28,750 nucleotides of DNA. Source: Octopus sinensis. Lineage: Eukaryota. The notes under the pieces were generated by a model that saw only the letters and a program-made list of their open reading frames with translations, was not told where the DNA came from and did not search any database. Position numbers and translations under genes: made by a program. Location: positions 1 through 28,750 of the forward strand of contig NW_021834112.1 of assembly GCF_006345805.1 (NCBI RefSeq), in the 5' to 3' direction. Shown piece by piece: positions 10,893-22,348 of the stretch (positions are counted from its first letter, which is position 1; every line of letters starts with the position of its first letter).

Positions 10893-12099
10893 AAAAAGCG
10901 GAATGTATTCGTATGAAAAAATATTACATATTTTATATACATCTTTCCACATATAAAAATATATAGTTTTCTTTAATGAAATTCAAAGGATGCACACAGA
11001 GCCTTTAAGCTCTTGACAGAGTTTAAACACATTTTATAAGATCTTTAGAAGGTCCAAAACTGCGCAATTCGTTCGAAACTTACACTATCATGCCAGGATA
11101 TTCAGACAAAATAAAACATTATTTATTGTTGATAATATTCATAATTTCCAGACTAATTAGATATATTATTAATTACAATCACGTAATAAATTCCTCGCTA
11201 TTTCTATCTTCATAAACAGCAGCTTGGCTCATAAGAACGGAATTACATTTGTGTTATCGCCAAGTGTTGGGGCGTTAGCCAATGGATTCGTTTTCGTTCC
11301 CCAACAGAACATTGTTGTTTTCATTCTTTTCGCTTTCCTCTTTATTTCCTGTTTATTTAAACCTATTAATGAATTAATTGTTTAATGAGAAAACCTGAAT
11401 CACATTCGAATATATGGCAAGCCTTTCGCACGCTATTATTTTTTGTTCATTTTTTTTTTACGCTAATCCAGTACATCACCAGACTCGTCGATTTCCCTAG
11501 ATCCGTATAGTCTTCGTGCGAGGTAGCAGAATCAAACCATTATTGGCACATATGATAAGTTAATCTAAAACAATATAAAGCTTGCACGCGTGTGAGCCTG
11601 TGTATGAGCATGTATGCAAATACATATATGTAGGTTTTTACGTAATATTTAAATAAGGAGCATGCACACGCACATGTGTAACGAATCGTTCCTTTCTGCT
11701 ACCATTCGAGTACTTGAAGAATGATTGAGTTCGGCTGTGCATGAATCATATAATTGCAACCAAAATGTGTACTCAATTTCCTGTTGGGAAATGAAAGCGA
11801 ATCCCTTGACAAACGTCCCAACAATGTGTGTATATAAGCATACATCGTGTTTTGCTTCGTTGCAGTGTACGTTAGCACCATTTCCGATTCGAATAGAACG
11901 AACCGCTCCAAATCCTAGTTACAGTATCCGTGTGAATCGAATACGGGAGTGGTTAGGTCGTATAGGATAGTCATATAACTTATCTTAACTGAAGAAGATT
12001 TCACGCAAGAGATGAAATTCACTTTTAATCTAATGCATAACTATCGGAAACGCACGTATTAGTTGCATTCACAATATCATTACTTAGGTTTCATTCCAT

Positions 12100-12240
12100 A
12101 TGTGTGTGTGTGTGTGCGCGCGCGTGTGAGCGTGCGTGTGTGCGTGTGCGCGTGTGCGTGTTTGTGTGTGCGTGTGTGTGTGTGCGTGTGTGTGTGCGTG
12201 AAAATGTATATTATATATATATATCAAGAGAGAGAGAGAG
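12100..12240. repeat. (TG)n/(CG) alternating repeat plus (TA)/(GA)
   Basis: Direct reading. Confidence 0.9.
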
Positions 12241-12403
12241 GCATGGCTTTGTTGTACGAACTTTGCTTCCCAACCATATGGCTCTGGGTTCAGTCCAACA
12301 GTGTGGCACCTTGGGCAAGTGTCTTCAACTATAGCTTCGGGACGAGTACACCCTTTGAGTGGACATGGTACACGGAAACTGAAAGAAGTCCGTCGTATAT
12401 ATA
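12238..12403 (+). mobile_element. SINE family A copy; its AT linker is the Helitron insertion site
   Basis: GGGTTCAGTCC...GTGGCACCTTGGGCAAGTGTCTTC...CGGAAACTGAAAGAAGTCCGTCGTATATATA. Confidence 0.88.
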
Positions 12404-13526
12404 TCTTTATATATATAAAACTGAGAATGTGTGTCTGCCTATCTGTCTGTCTGTGTGTTCCCCTAAAACTTGAGAACTACACAACCAATTTCATTCAAAT
12501 TTTACACATACCTTACTTAGGGTCCATGTAGTTTCATGGGCAAAAAAAATGTTCAACTTTCTTGCCTAGGGCGAGCCCATAGCAATATCATATCTTCTCC
12601 ACTATTTCAGTATTACGTGTTAAAAAGTAAACAAAAACATTCTCTATTTTATGTCAGATACTTTCACTTTAACAATAAAATTAATAATAACATTGAATTA
12701 TATGTAGTAATAATATTAAAATCAAACTAAAGTATAATATTTATCGTAACATAACAAAAGTAAAATATAGCATTAGTATAAATTGCATCAATGACTTGAA
12801 CTTGAATCAGTGTTTCACATGAATGGGAATAATAAAAAATAAAATTTAAGTGCAGAAATGGAAGTCCCAGATGGAGGTGTGCACGGCTTTTACATTAGAT
12901 TATTTGCTAATTAGCTAGCATTAAGCATTCTACTGAGTACCGCTGTTAGTTTATTTCTGATCCATAAAGGCTATAGCTTCAACAGAGTACTCTGCTTTTT
13001 GGTTTTACCGTAAGGTTTTGTTGTATTATTATTTCCGTTTAACTATTGTTATCACGTTTGTTGGTTCCTCGTAAGGGAAGCGTTGTTGTGTTGCATTTGT
13101 TAAATAATTGTAAACCCTAACCCTCCCCCTTTGGGAGAAGGACCTTTGGTTATTGTTTAAACATTGAATTGTGTCCCTGTTTGGGGAAATTTTCACCGTT
13201 TACACGGAAGTATTTTTGTTAGAATGTCTTCGATAGAAATAAGTCCAAAAATGAATTTCGCTGCAGCCGTCGGATTGTAGCCACACTTCTATACAAGCGG
13301 GAGAACAAATAACAATTGATCGATATTACAAGAGACGGGCTAACAATTCCAGTCTGTTATATATTTTGAGTATTGTTATCACTAGCGATATCAAGATATA
13401 ACTTTGTATTTTGTATTTTATGTGTAGATGTATATATATAGATGTACATCTAATATGTACACATATATATACACATATATACATGCACTAGCACTATGAC
13501 CCGGCAACGACGGGTCTTTAATGCTA

Positions 13527-13528
<2 letters not shown>
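12404..13528 (+). mobile_element. Non-autonomous Helitron (1125 bp)
   Basis: 5' TC at 12404-12405, preceded by A. 3' hairpin GACCCG-GCAACGA-CGGGTC (13498-13516), 8-nt spacer, CTAG (13525-13528), followed by T, so it sits in an A^T site with no TSD. The 5' part TCTTTATATATATAAAA...(GTCT)n...AACTAC..AACCAATTTCATTCAAATTTTACAC recalls Lep1-type Helitron 5' ends (from memory). Confidence 0.82.
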
Positions 13529-13625
<97 letters not shown>

Positions 13626-14030
13626 TAGATATATATATAGATAGATATAGATATATATATAGATAGATATATAGATATATATATAGATAGATAGATAGAT
13701 ATAGATATATATAGATAGATAGATATAGATATATATAGATAGATAGATATAGATATATAGATAGATATAGATATATATAGATATATATATAGATAGATAG
13801 ATATATATAGATATATATATAGATAGATAGATATATATAGATATATATATAGATAGATAGATATATATAATATATATATAGATAGATAGATATATATAGA
13901 TATATATATAGATAGATAGATATATATATAGATAATATATAGAGATAGATAGATATATATATATATATATAGATAGATATATATATATATAGATAGATAT
14001 ATATATATATAGATATATATTATATATATA

Positions 14031-14061
<31 letters not shown>

Positions 14062-14263
14062 TAGATATATATAGATAGATAGATATATATATAGATATAT
14101 AGATATAGATATATATATAGATAGATAGATATATATATAGATATATAGATATAGTATATATAGATAGATAGATATAGATATATAGAATATATATAATATA
14201 TATATATATAGATAGATATATATATATAGATAGATATAGATATTATATTAGATATATAGATAG

Positions 14264-14297
<34 letters not shown>

Positions 14298-14330
14298 TAT
14301 ATATATAGATAGATAGATAGATAGATAGAT
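13529..14330. repeat. About 800-bp (TA)n/(GA)n/(TAGA)n satellite-like array
   Basis: Direct reading; no C seen on the plus strand across the array. Confidence 0.95.
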
Positions 14331-15231
14331 ATTGCATAAGCAGGTCTATAATCAACATCATTCCAATGGTGACCATTCCAATTACTGAAACATCCAAGAA
14401 TATTTCCACTCTTTTTCATTTCTATTCTTTCCACGTGTCTACAATCCAATTCTTCCAACTTCCTATTCTTCTTATCTATTTATTTTTCAATTTACTATAT
14501 TTATTTATTCTTTTATTTCTACATTTCGTATCGTATTCTTGCAGTCATTTAGCTTAATTTACTCAGCTTTTTACCAAACCCCACTATTTATTTATTAACC
14601 TTTTCCAATTTTTTTTTTATCATATGTGAACAATGGCGTATATCTGCAGCCCATGTGAAAACCATATCAGCTCATGTGAAACCTATCCGTTAGTTTGTCT
14701 ATTTTCATATGGGGTGGAGTATCCCCCTTAATGCTCCTTACCTCCAAAACACTAATATCTTATTTGTTTATTTCCTTTAAATCAACCCAATACACTCACC
14801 TAAACTAAACGCCCTGCCTATACTACATACATACGTCTAGGCACATACACCTATCACATACATATATATACATACATAATTATATATAAGTATATGTATG
14901 TATGTATGTATGTATATATGTATATATGTATAAATATATGTATGTATATACGTATGTATGTATGCTCTTGTGTGTATAACCTTCAACCGTATGTTGGTTT
15001 TTAAATATTCTGAGAATGACACTTTGGCTAATTGTTCCATTCACATATTGCGGAGTGTTTTCTTAAGCAAACTATTTTTGTCTATTATACGAGCGCCTTT
15101 GCGCATATGCGTATGTGTTTACCTCTCTTTCTATATGTGTGCGCGCGTGTATATTTGTCTGTGTGTGTGTGCGTGAGAGTTTGTATACGTGTATGCGTGT
15201 ACATGTTTGAGTATACATGTGTGTCTTATTA

Positions 15232-15271
15232 TTATTGCTATTGTTGTTGTTGTTGTTATTGATGTTATTAC

Positions 15272-15310
<39 letters not shown>

Positions 15311-15315
15311 CATTT

Positions 15316-15355
<40 letters not shown>

Positions 15356-15385
15356 CATTATTATTATTATTATCATTATCATTAT
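15232..15385. repeat. (ATT)n/(GTT)n trinucleotide repeat
   Basis: Direct reading. Confidence 0.95.
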
Positions 15386-15669
15386 GGACTTATTGCCTTC
15401 TGAAAGTCTCAAAAGACTTTCAAAGTGCTGCGAATGTACCAACACACTCTTAAGTTGGATTGTGTAATAGAGATAACTAAACGACAAAATTGTATCTACC
15501 AGTAGCACACAGACACACACACATACACATACATTATAAGGGCAAGTTTAAATTGGTAATATATGTTAAAATTATAATCGCCAATTTCACACAGGAAGTC
15601 CAAACCGTCGGTTAATGGACATGCTTCTTTCGTGCCTGAGATTGTTTTTTATGATATGTAATATCATGT

Positions 15670-16076
15670 AGGCGTAGGACTGGCTGTATAGTAAGTAGCT
15701 GGCTTACCAAGTACATGGTTCAGTCCCACTGCGTGGCACCTTGGGCAAGTGTCTTCTGCTATAGCCCCGGGCCGACCAAAGCCTTGTGAGTGGATTTGGT
15801 GGACGAAAACTGAAAGAAGTCCGTTGTACATATGTATATATATATATGTATGTGTGTGTGTGTGTTTGTGTGTCTGTATTTGTTCCCCCAGCATTGCTTG
15901 ACAACCGATGCTGGTGTGTTTACGTCCCCGTTACTTAGCGGTTCGGCAAAAGAGACTGATAGAATAAGTACTGGGCTTACAAAGAATAAGTCCCGGGGTC
16001 GATTTGCTCGACTAAAGGCGGTGCTCCAGCATGGCCGCAGTCAAATGACTGAAACAAGTAAAAGAGTAAAAGAGAG
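15670..16076 (+). mobile_element. Composite SINE: family A head/body + microsatellite linker + module B
   Basis: A at 15670-15830 (A-box-like TGGCTGTATAG, B-box-like GGTTCAGTCCC, CORE-like ACCTTGGGCAAGT), TA/TG linker, B at 15871-16076 ending (GTAAAAGA)2. Confidence 0.92.
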
Positions 16077-16120
16077 TATATATATATATATATATATGTA
16101 TGTGTGCTAATATGTTTATG

Positions 16121-16322
16121 TGTCTGTGTTTGTCCCCTAACATCGCTTGACAACAGATGGTGGTGTGTTTACGTATCTGTAACTTAGCGGTTCGGTAAAA
16201 GAGAACGATATAATAAGTACTAGGCTTACAAAGAATAAGCCCTGGGGTCGATTTGCGTGACTAAAGGTGGTGCTCCAGCCTGGCCACAGTCATATGACTG
16301 AAGCAAGTAAAAGAGTAAAAGA

Positions 16323-16323
<1 letters not shown>
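16121..16323 (+). mobile_element. Second module B in tandem, without an A head
   Basis: Colinear with 15871-16076 but carries different diagnostic bases (CTAGGCTTAC and CCTGGGG versus CTGGGCTTAC and CCCGGGG). Confidence 0.9.
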
Positions 16324-16358
<35 letters not shown>

Positions 16359-17539
16359 TGCATAAAAGATCGTCATTGTTAAATACGTATTTCTGCATTA
16401 GTGGGCTTCATCAATTGCATGTTATCACTGACCTTTGTTTCTGTTTTTTTTTTTGTCACTAATTTCCTTACTGCACCAATAGTTTATCTCGTTTCAGCGT
16501 TTTCAACTTCGCTCTACATCTTTTCTCCGTTTTGTTTCGGTCATTTCTTGGTCATGTTCCCAGATTTCTTCGTATGTTCTTTTCACATTCTCTTCTTGAC
16601 CTGTTCTCGGTATTTTGTTGGTTTTCCTTGGTCTCTGGAATTGTTGTTGTTGTTGTTGTTGTTGTTTTTCTATGATCTCCGTCTGATATTGATATTTGTT
16701 CCTTCTTTCTCTTGCATCGGTGTTGTCGCAGTCAGTCTCGATCTATTTTTGTGTCTGATTTCGGTGTCAGTCTTTTCTTGGCCTCAGTCCTTCCTTCGTT
16801 GGGTCTCGTCTTATTATTTTCTCTGCTCGGTCTTCTATTCTCAGTTTTTCTCGATTTCACCTCGTCTCTTGTTGTTTTGTCGCAATCATTTATTAATTCA
16901 GCCTTTGTCTTTTCTCGGTCTGGTCTTCCTCTCCGTATGTTCTTCGTCTGATTTCGGAATCAGTCTTTCCTTTATCTTCTCTAATTTTTTTCCTTAGTAC
17001 AGTTTCAGTATTTTGTGAGTTTATCTCAAACTTCTCTTGGTCTTGCCTCGCAGTTTTCTTCGTTTGGTCTTCGTCTTTTCCCGGTCTTTTGATGGATCTC
17101 GGTATTTTGTGCATTTGTCTTTGGTTTTTTTTTGTTTGTTTTTTTTGGGGGGGAAGGGGTTATTTCTCAGGTCTCATTATTAGTCTCATCTTTATCTCAT
17201 CTCGGTGTTTTCTAAGTCTGGTATTTATCTTTCCTCGCTTTCATCTCATTTTATTTCTTCCTTTTCGATGTCGGTCTTTTCTTTATGTCAATCTTCTTTC
17301 GATCTGTTCTCGATATTTTGTTCGTTTGTACCGGTCTTTTATTCCTCTGCTCTTGATCTGATCAACGTCTGGCGTTGGTCCTGGTCTATTCGTCTGGTTT
17401 TGAAATCGGTCTTTTTGTGTCTCATCTCGTCGTTTTCTACGCTTGCTCTTTTTTGTGTTTTCTCAGACTCGTCACAGGTTTTTCTTCCTCTGGTCTCAGA
17501 ATTTTGTTACTTTTTCTCGATCTATTCTTTCTCTGCAGT

Positions 17540-17952
17540 TACTTTACTTTACTTTACTTGTTTTTAGTCATTTGACTGCGGCCATGCTGGAGCACGGCCT
17601 TTAGTCGAGCAAATCGACCCCGGGACTTATTCTTTGTAAGCCCAGTACTTAGTCTATTGGTCTCTTTTGCGGAACCGCTAAGCGACGGGGACGTAAACAC
17701 ACCAGCATCAGTTGTCAAGCAATGCTAGGGGGACAAACACAGACACAAACATATACATACACATACATACATATATATACATATATACGACAGGCTTCTT
17801 TCAGTTTCCGTCTACCAAATCCACTCACAAGGCATTGGTCGGCCCGAGGCTATAGCAGAAGACACATGTCCAAGGTGCCACGCAATGGGACTGAACCCAG
17901 AACCATGTGGTTGGTAGGCAAGCTACTTACCACACAGCCACTCCTGCGCCTA
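17540..17952 (-). mobile_element. Composite SINE A+linker+B, reverse strand
   Basis: Reverse complement closely matches 15670-16076 (B at 17540-17745, A at 17783-17952). Confidence 0.92.
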
Positions 17953-18197
17953 TAGTTGTTGTTTTTTTTTTGTCCTTTTTCTAAGTCTGGTCTTAGTCTC
18001 TGAATGTTTTCCGTCTAATTTCGGTTTTGCTCTTTTCTTCGTCTTATCTCGGTGTTTTCTAAGCAAGTTTCACTCTATTCTGGTTTCGTTGTCAGCTATT
18101 CTTGGTCTTTATTCTTTCTTGCTTTTATTTCAATCATTTCTTGCTCTTACTTCGCTGTACGTATTTGCTTGTTTGCTTGTGTGTATATGTGTGTGCT

Positions 18198-18580
18198 GTG
18201 GAGGCGCAATGGCCCAGTGGTTAGGGCAGCGGACTCGCGGTCGTAGGATCGCGGTTTCGATTCCCAGACCGGGCGTTGTGAGTGTTTATTGAGCGAAAAC
18301 ATCTAAAGCTCCACGAGTCTCCGGCAGGGATGATGGTGATCCCTGTTGTACTCTTTCACCACAACTTTCTCTCACTCTTACTTCCTGTTTCTGTTGTACC
18401 TGTATTTCAAAGGGCCGGCCTTGTCACTCTCTGTGTCACGCTGAATATCCCCGAGAACTACGTTAAGTGTACACTTGTCTGTGGAGTGCTCAGCCACTTA
18501 CACGTTAATTTCACAAGCAGGCTGTTCCGTTGATCGGATCAACCGGAACCCTCATCGTCGTAACCGACGGAGTGCTTCCC
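18198..18580 (+). mobile_element. SINE family E (tRNA-Arg-like head), full length, with 11-bp TSD
   Basis: A box TGGCCCAGTGG, TCG in the anticodon-like loop (GGACTCGCGG), B box GGTTTCGATTCC. TSD ATGTGTGTGCT at 18187-18197 and 18581-18591. 3' stem-loop GTTCCGTTGAT-CGG-ATCAA(C)CGGAAC. Confidence 0.93.
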
Positions 18581-18837
18581 ATGTGTGTGCTATACCCTCG
18601 TGCCTGTCGCGTTGGTCTATTTTCAGTCGTATATTGGTCTGTTCTCGGGCCAATATGGGTCTTTTCTCTGGTGTTGGTCTTTTCTTCGTCTAACTTCGGT
18701 CGCTTTTGTTTAACCCTGCGTCAGTCGTGATTGAAATGACTTATAACTGGCGTAACGATGTCAATCCGTGCATAAGTATTTTGTTGTTAAACTCTAAACG
18801 AAACATTAACAGATTTTGGTGATGTTATTCACTAGGT

Positions 18838-19060
18838 CGAGGGCGGCGAACAGGCGGGTTCCTTAGAATATCGGATAAAATGTCCAATGGTATTTCTTTC
18901 GACCCCTTAGGTTCTAAGTCCAAATTTTGCCGAGGTTGACTGCTTTCATCCCTTCGGTCTCGATAAAATGCGTACAAGTCGTGAACCGGGGTCGATGAAA
19001 TCAACTAACACCTCTCACTAATATTGCCGGCCTTGTGTCGAAATTAGAAACAGTTATTTA
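18838..19060 (+). mobile_element. SINE family D, degraded copy with head
   Basis: GTTCTAAGTCCAAATTTTGCCGAGGTTGAC-TGCTTTCATCCCTTCGG...GGGGTCGATGAAATCAACT...GCCTTGTGTCGAAATTAGAAAC. Confidence 0.75.
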
Positions 19061-19897
19061 TTTCCTCGTCTGTAGGTTTTGTTCGTCATATTGTAAACAA
19101 AATAAAATTCTTAGCATTCATTTTGATTTGGCTTAAACTCTTTTGCTTTCTTTACAATGCTGCTACATAAATGAAAGAGGTCACCGTTTCTCTGCAGTTT
19201 CGGTTGTACAAGCAACACCTGTGATTATCATTGTTTTGTTAACCATGCAGATGGGGGGGATGTGATATTTCTGTATAAATGTCTGTATGTGTGAGTTTAC
19301 ATAAACATATACATATACATATAATCACACACACACACACACACTCACACACATATACATGCATACACACATGCAAATATACATACCTACACCCTCACAA
19401 ATTCATACATTCATATATACATATATACATTCATACATACATACATACAAACGTACATACATACATACATACATACATACAAATGTACATACATGCGTAT
19501 AATCTGTATAGACAAAATCTTTCTCGCAATTATGTGTGTGTGTGTGTGCCTGTGTCCGTGTGTGCTTGTGTCTGCGTGTACGTATACCTACAAACATAAG
19601 AATAAAGAATAATCATACACCTGTCTGAGTGAGTCGAATGTTCCGCATCTTAGAACAATATTGATACATTCTTTTGAATACAGGTGAAAATGTTAATTCT
19701 GTTGCTTGTCTTGTTATTGTAGTTGATTTCATTACAAGTGCCGCAGCAAGCATAGTTATCATCCTCATCCTCATCCTCGCCGCCATTTTCGTCGTCGTTG
19801 TCTGCAGTAACTCTTGATTTTCATTTCATTTTCATCTACACCCAGAATTTGCCCAAGAACGTCGTCACGCTTACCTTCCAATAGTCTTCTATAAAAC

Positions 19898-20263
19898 AGT
19901 GGTTAGGGCAGCGGACTCGCGGTCATAGGATCGCGGTTTCGATTCCCAGACCGGGCGTTGTGAGTGTTTATTGAGCCAAAACACTTAAAGCTCCACGAGG
20001 CTCCGGCAGGGGGTGGCGGTGATCCCTGCTGTACTCTTTCACCACAACTTTCTCTCACTCTTACTTCCTGTTTCTGTTGTACCTGTATTTCAAAGGGCCG
20101 GCCTTGTCACTCTCTGTGTCACGCTGAATATCCCCGAGAACTACGTTAAGGGTACACGTGTCTGTGAAGTGCTCAGCCACTTACACGTTAATTTCACGAG
20201 CAGGCTGTTCCGTTGATTCGGATCAACCGGAACCCTCATCGTCGTGACCGACGGAGTGCTTCC
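19898..20263 (+). mobile_element. SINE family E, slightly 5'-truncated, with 7-bp TSD
   Basis: About 95% identical to 18198-18580 (about 16 differences counted by eye). TSD ATAAAAC at 19891-19897 and 20264-20270, with additional CTTC microhomology. Confidence 0.93.
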
Positions 20264-20459
20264 ATAAAACGCCATAATAGAACATCTTGCGACCTCATTG
20301 CCCTACTGGCAGAGATGTGAGTGTGGCTGGTGGCACATTTGGTGCTAGACACCTTGTCTCAGTCAATGTTTGATCCAATCCCGCAGCTCTATCAAAGAGA
20401 TGAGCTTCGAAAAGAGCGTGGAACAAGGAGAGAGTACACAATAATAATTATTATTATTC

Positions 20460-20625
20460 ATTTTGGCACGAGGCCAGCCATTTAGAGGTAGGGGTGGGGA
20501 AATCGAATACCTCTTTCCCAATGCTCAACTGGTAGGTGATGATGAAAGGAAAGTTAACTTCAGCGGCATTTAAACTTAGCCGGTAAGCATTTTGTTCGGC
20601 GCAGTAAGGATTCTACTAGCTCGTT
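20460..20625 (-). mobile_element. SINE family D, degraded reverse-strand copy
   Basis: Plus strand TTTTGGCACGAGGCCAG...TGAAAGGAAAGTTAACTTCAGCGG...TAAGCATTTTGTTCGG...GATTCTACTAGCTCG is the reverse complement of the D head, core and tail. Confidence 0.6.
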
Positions 20626-20671
20626 GATAATAATAATAATAATAATAAAATAATAATAATAATAATGATAA

Positions 20672-20772
20672 CAATTCAGTGACGACATCAGAATGCAATT
20701 CGGCCTCGATAAATGTGCAAAAGCTACCTTTATCAAAGGAAAAATGACAGAAACATCTAACATTAACCTTGA
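20672..20772 (+). pseudogene. Reverse transcriptase fragment, R4/Dong-like non-LTR retrotransposon
   Basis: Translates QFSDDIRMQFGLDKCAKATFIKGKMTETSNINL, matching the recalled FSxDIxMxFGLDKCAK..RGK motif of R4/Dong-type RTs. Starts immediately after a (TAA)n tract (20626-20670). Confidence 0.7.
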
Positions 20773-21984
20773 ACTATAACTTTTACCAATTTTCACGTCG
20801 GTGATTTCCGTAAGTTTGCTAACATGAGTTAAGTCTTATAGATTAATTCACCCTACTACAATGCCTCCAAAAAAAAAAAAAAAAAATTTGGACTACCAAA
20901 GCAATTTCAGTGTAGGAAAAGAGAAAGAGCTGAAGACACTGACTATCAGCAAACCCATTTATAAAATATAACTTTTTGGGTCGAAACCTGGCAATAAAAG
21001 CTTGCGGATATTCCGCTACAAAACATTCAATAATATCGAAGCAGTAACTTTCAGGGTATAATTTTTGAAGACACTTTCTGAACCCAGTCAACGGTGGGTA
21101 TTTCTGCTATTGCTTATATAATCCATTGAAGGACGCTCTGAAATGACGTTGATGTTTTACAGCTTTTGTCTAAAGGAAAATTTTCCTCCGCTGCAAACCA
21201 CAGCAAAAATGATTGTTTTATAGGAAAAATATATTCCAAGCATATTTGACTAGATCTAAAGTTTGTTTGTAAAGACGCTGGAGAGGAGAAACGCTAAACA
21301 TTTGGTTCCATGCTCAGTAAATTTACTTTCCCCAAAAGCTATGACCTTGTGACAACACAAAAAAAATAAGGTCTTTCTCTTTTCTTTTTTATCTGCATGT
21401 TGTTCTGTCAAACTTTACTTAATAATAACGAGATGTATTATTTTTTTAAAGGAAAAAAATGTATCACACTGGAATACAGAAGCAGATGAAGAAACAAACA
21501 AGGAAAAAAAAATTCAGAGACGATCTCTACACCTAATGTGATGTGAATATGTGGATCAACATTAGATTCTACAAAAGACACACGCACAAAAAAGAAGTTA
21601 ATATTTGCAACTAGTATTTTTCGTTTTGGGGTTTTTATTTTATTTTATTCTTTTTTCTTGCTAACACGTCTTATTAATGTCGTTTAATCACCACAGAAGG
21701 AGACCAATTACTCGAAGTTCAGAGTCTTAACAGATGATGAAACATGAATAAAAAATGCAAATAAATAATAATTAAGAAAAAAAGAGTTGAGCAATAATCC
21801 CTAATCATTTCAAAGATGTCAATTTTCCCAAATTGTATTTTTGTTCTTATTTAATTTACTTCGTCTTTCGTCTTCGAAGAAAAATCCAAAAGATTGTTCT
21901 AAGTCTTTTGGGAATATTTGCTAAATTCCATCGTAGGAAATTGATTCTAGAAGATTGTGAAAAGAAAGAATTGTTTCTTTCATG

Positions 21985-21989
<5 letters not shown>

Positions 21990-22031
<42 letters not shown>

Positions 22032-22129
22032 CTCTTTCTTTCTTTCTCCCCCTCTCTTTCTCTATCTATCTCTCGCTTTCTCTCACTCACTCACTATATA
22101 TATCTGTGTATACACGAATGTACACGAAT

Positions 22130-22167
<38 letters not shown>

Positions 22168-22243
22168 GATGTTGTTGTTATTGCTGTTTACATATAGATG
22201 CCGATATATTAGGTATATACACATATGCACACATGCATCATGT

Positions 22244-22287
<44 letters not shown>

Positions 22288-22348
22288 TACATATGTATGT
22301 GCTTGTGAGTGTACACTCATATATATACATATATATATATATGTATAT
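21990..22348. repeat. (TC)n, (ATT)n and (TA)n compound microsatellites
   Basis: Direct reading. Confidence 0.9.

Larger units (their letters stand above)
16400..18720. repeat. Long T/C-rich cryptically simple region (degenerate TCTCGGT/GGTCTTTT minisatellite), interrupted by two SINE insertions
   Basis: Recurrent TCTCGGT, CGGTCTTTT and CTGGTCTT motifs; identical 18-mer ATCTCGGTGTTTTCTAAG at 17199-17216 and 18046-18063; plus strand is A-poor. Confidence 0.7.

Noticed and set aside
11472-11522. 51-nt candidate cassette exon (TSPDSSISLDPYSLRA)
   Set aside because: The donor GTAGCA is weak, the branch-like CTAAT lies downstream of the poly-T tract, and the peptide is unrecognised.
13112-13124. 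AAACCCTAACCCT telomere-like repeat
   Set aside because: Only about two units, which is expected by chance.
14340-14458. Minus-strand peptide EELDCRHVERIEMKKSGNILGCFSNWNGHHW
   Set aside because: No splice acceptor, it runs into microsatellite, and no motif was recognised.
18198-18275. tRNA-Arg(TCG)-like sequence
   Set aside because: It has A and B boxes but no closing acceptor stem, and continues into a TSD-flanked repeat present twice. It is a SINE head, not a tRNA gene.
20843-21260. Protein-looking minus-strand translation (82-aa ORF and neighbours)
   Set aside because: Stops are spaced as expected for random sequence and no family motif was recognised.
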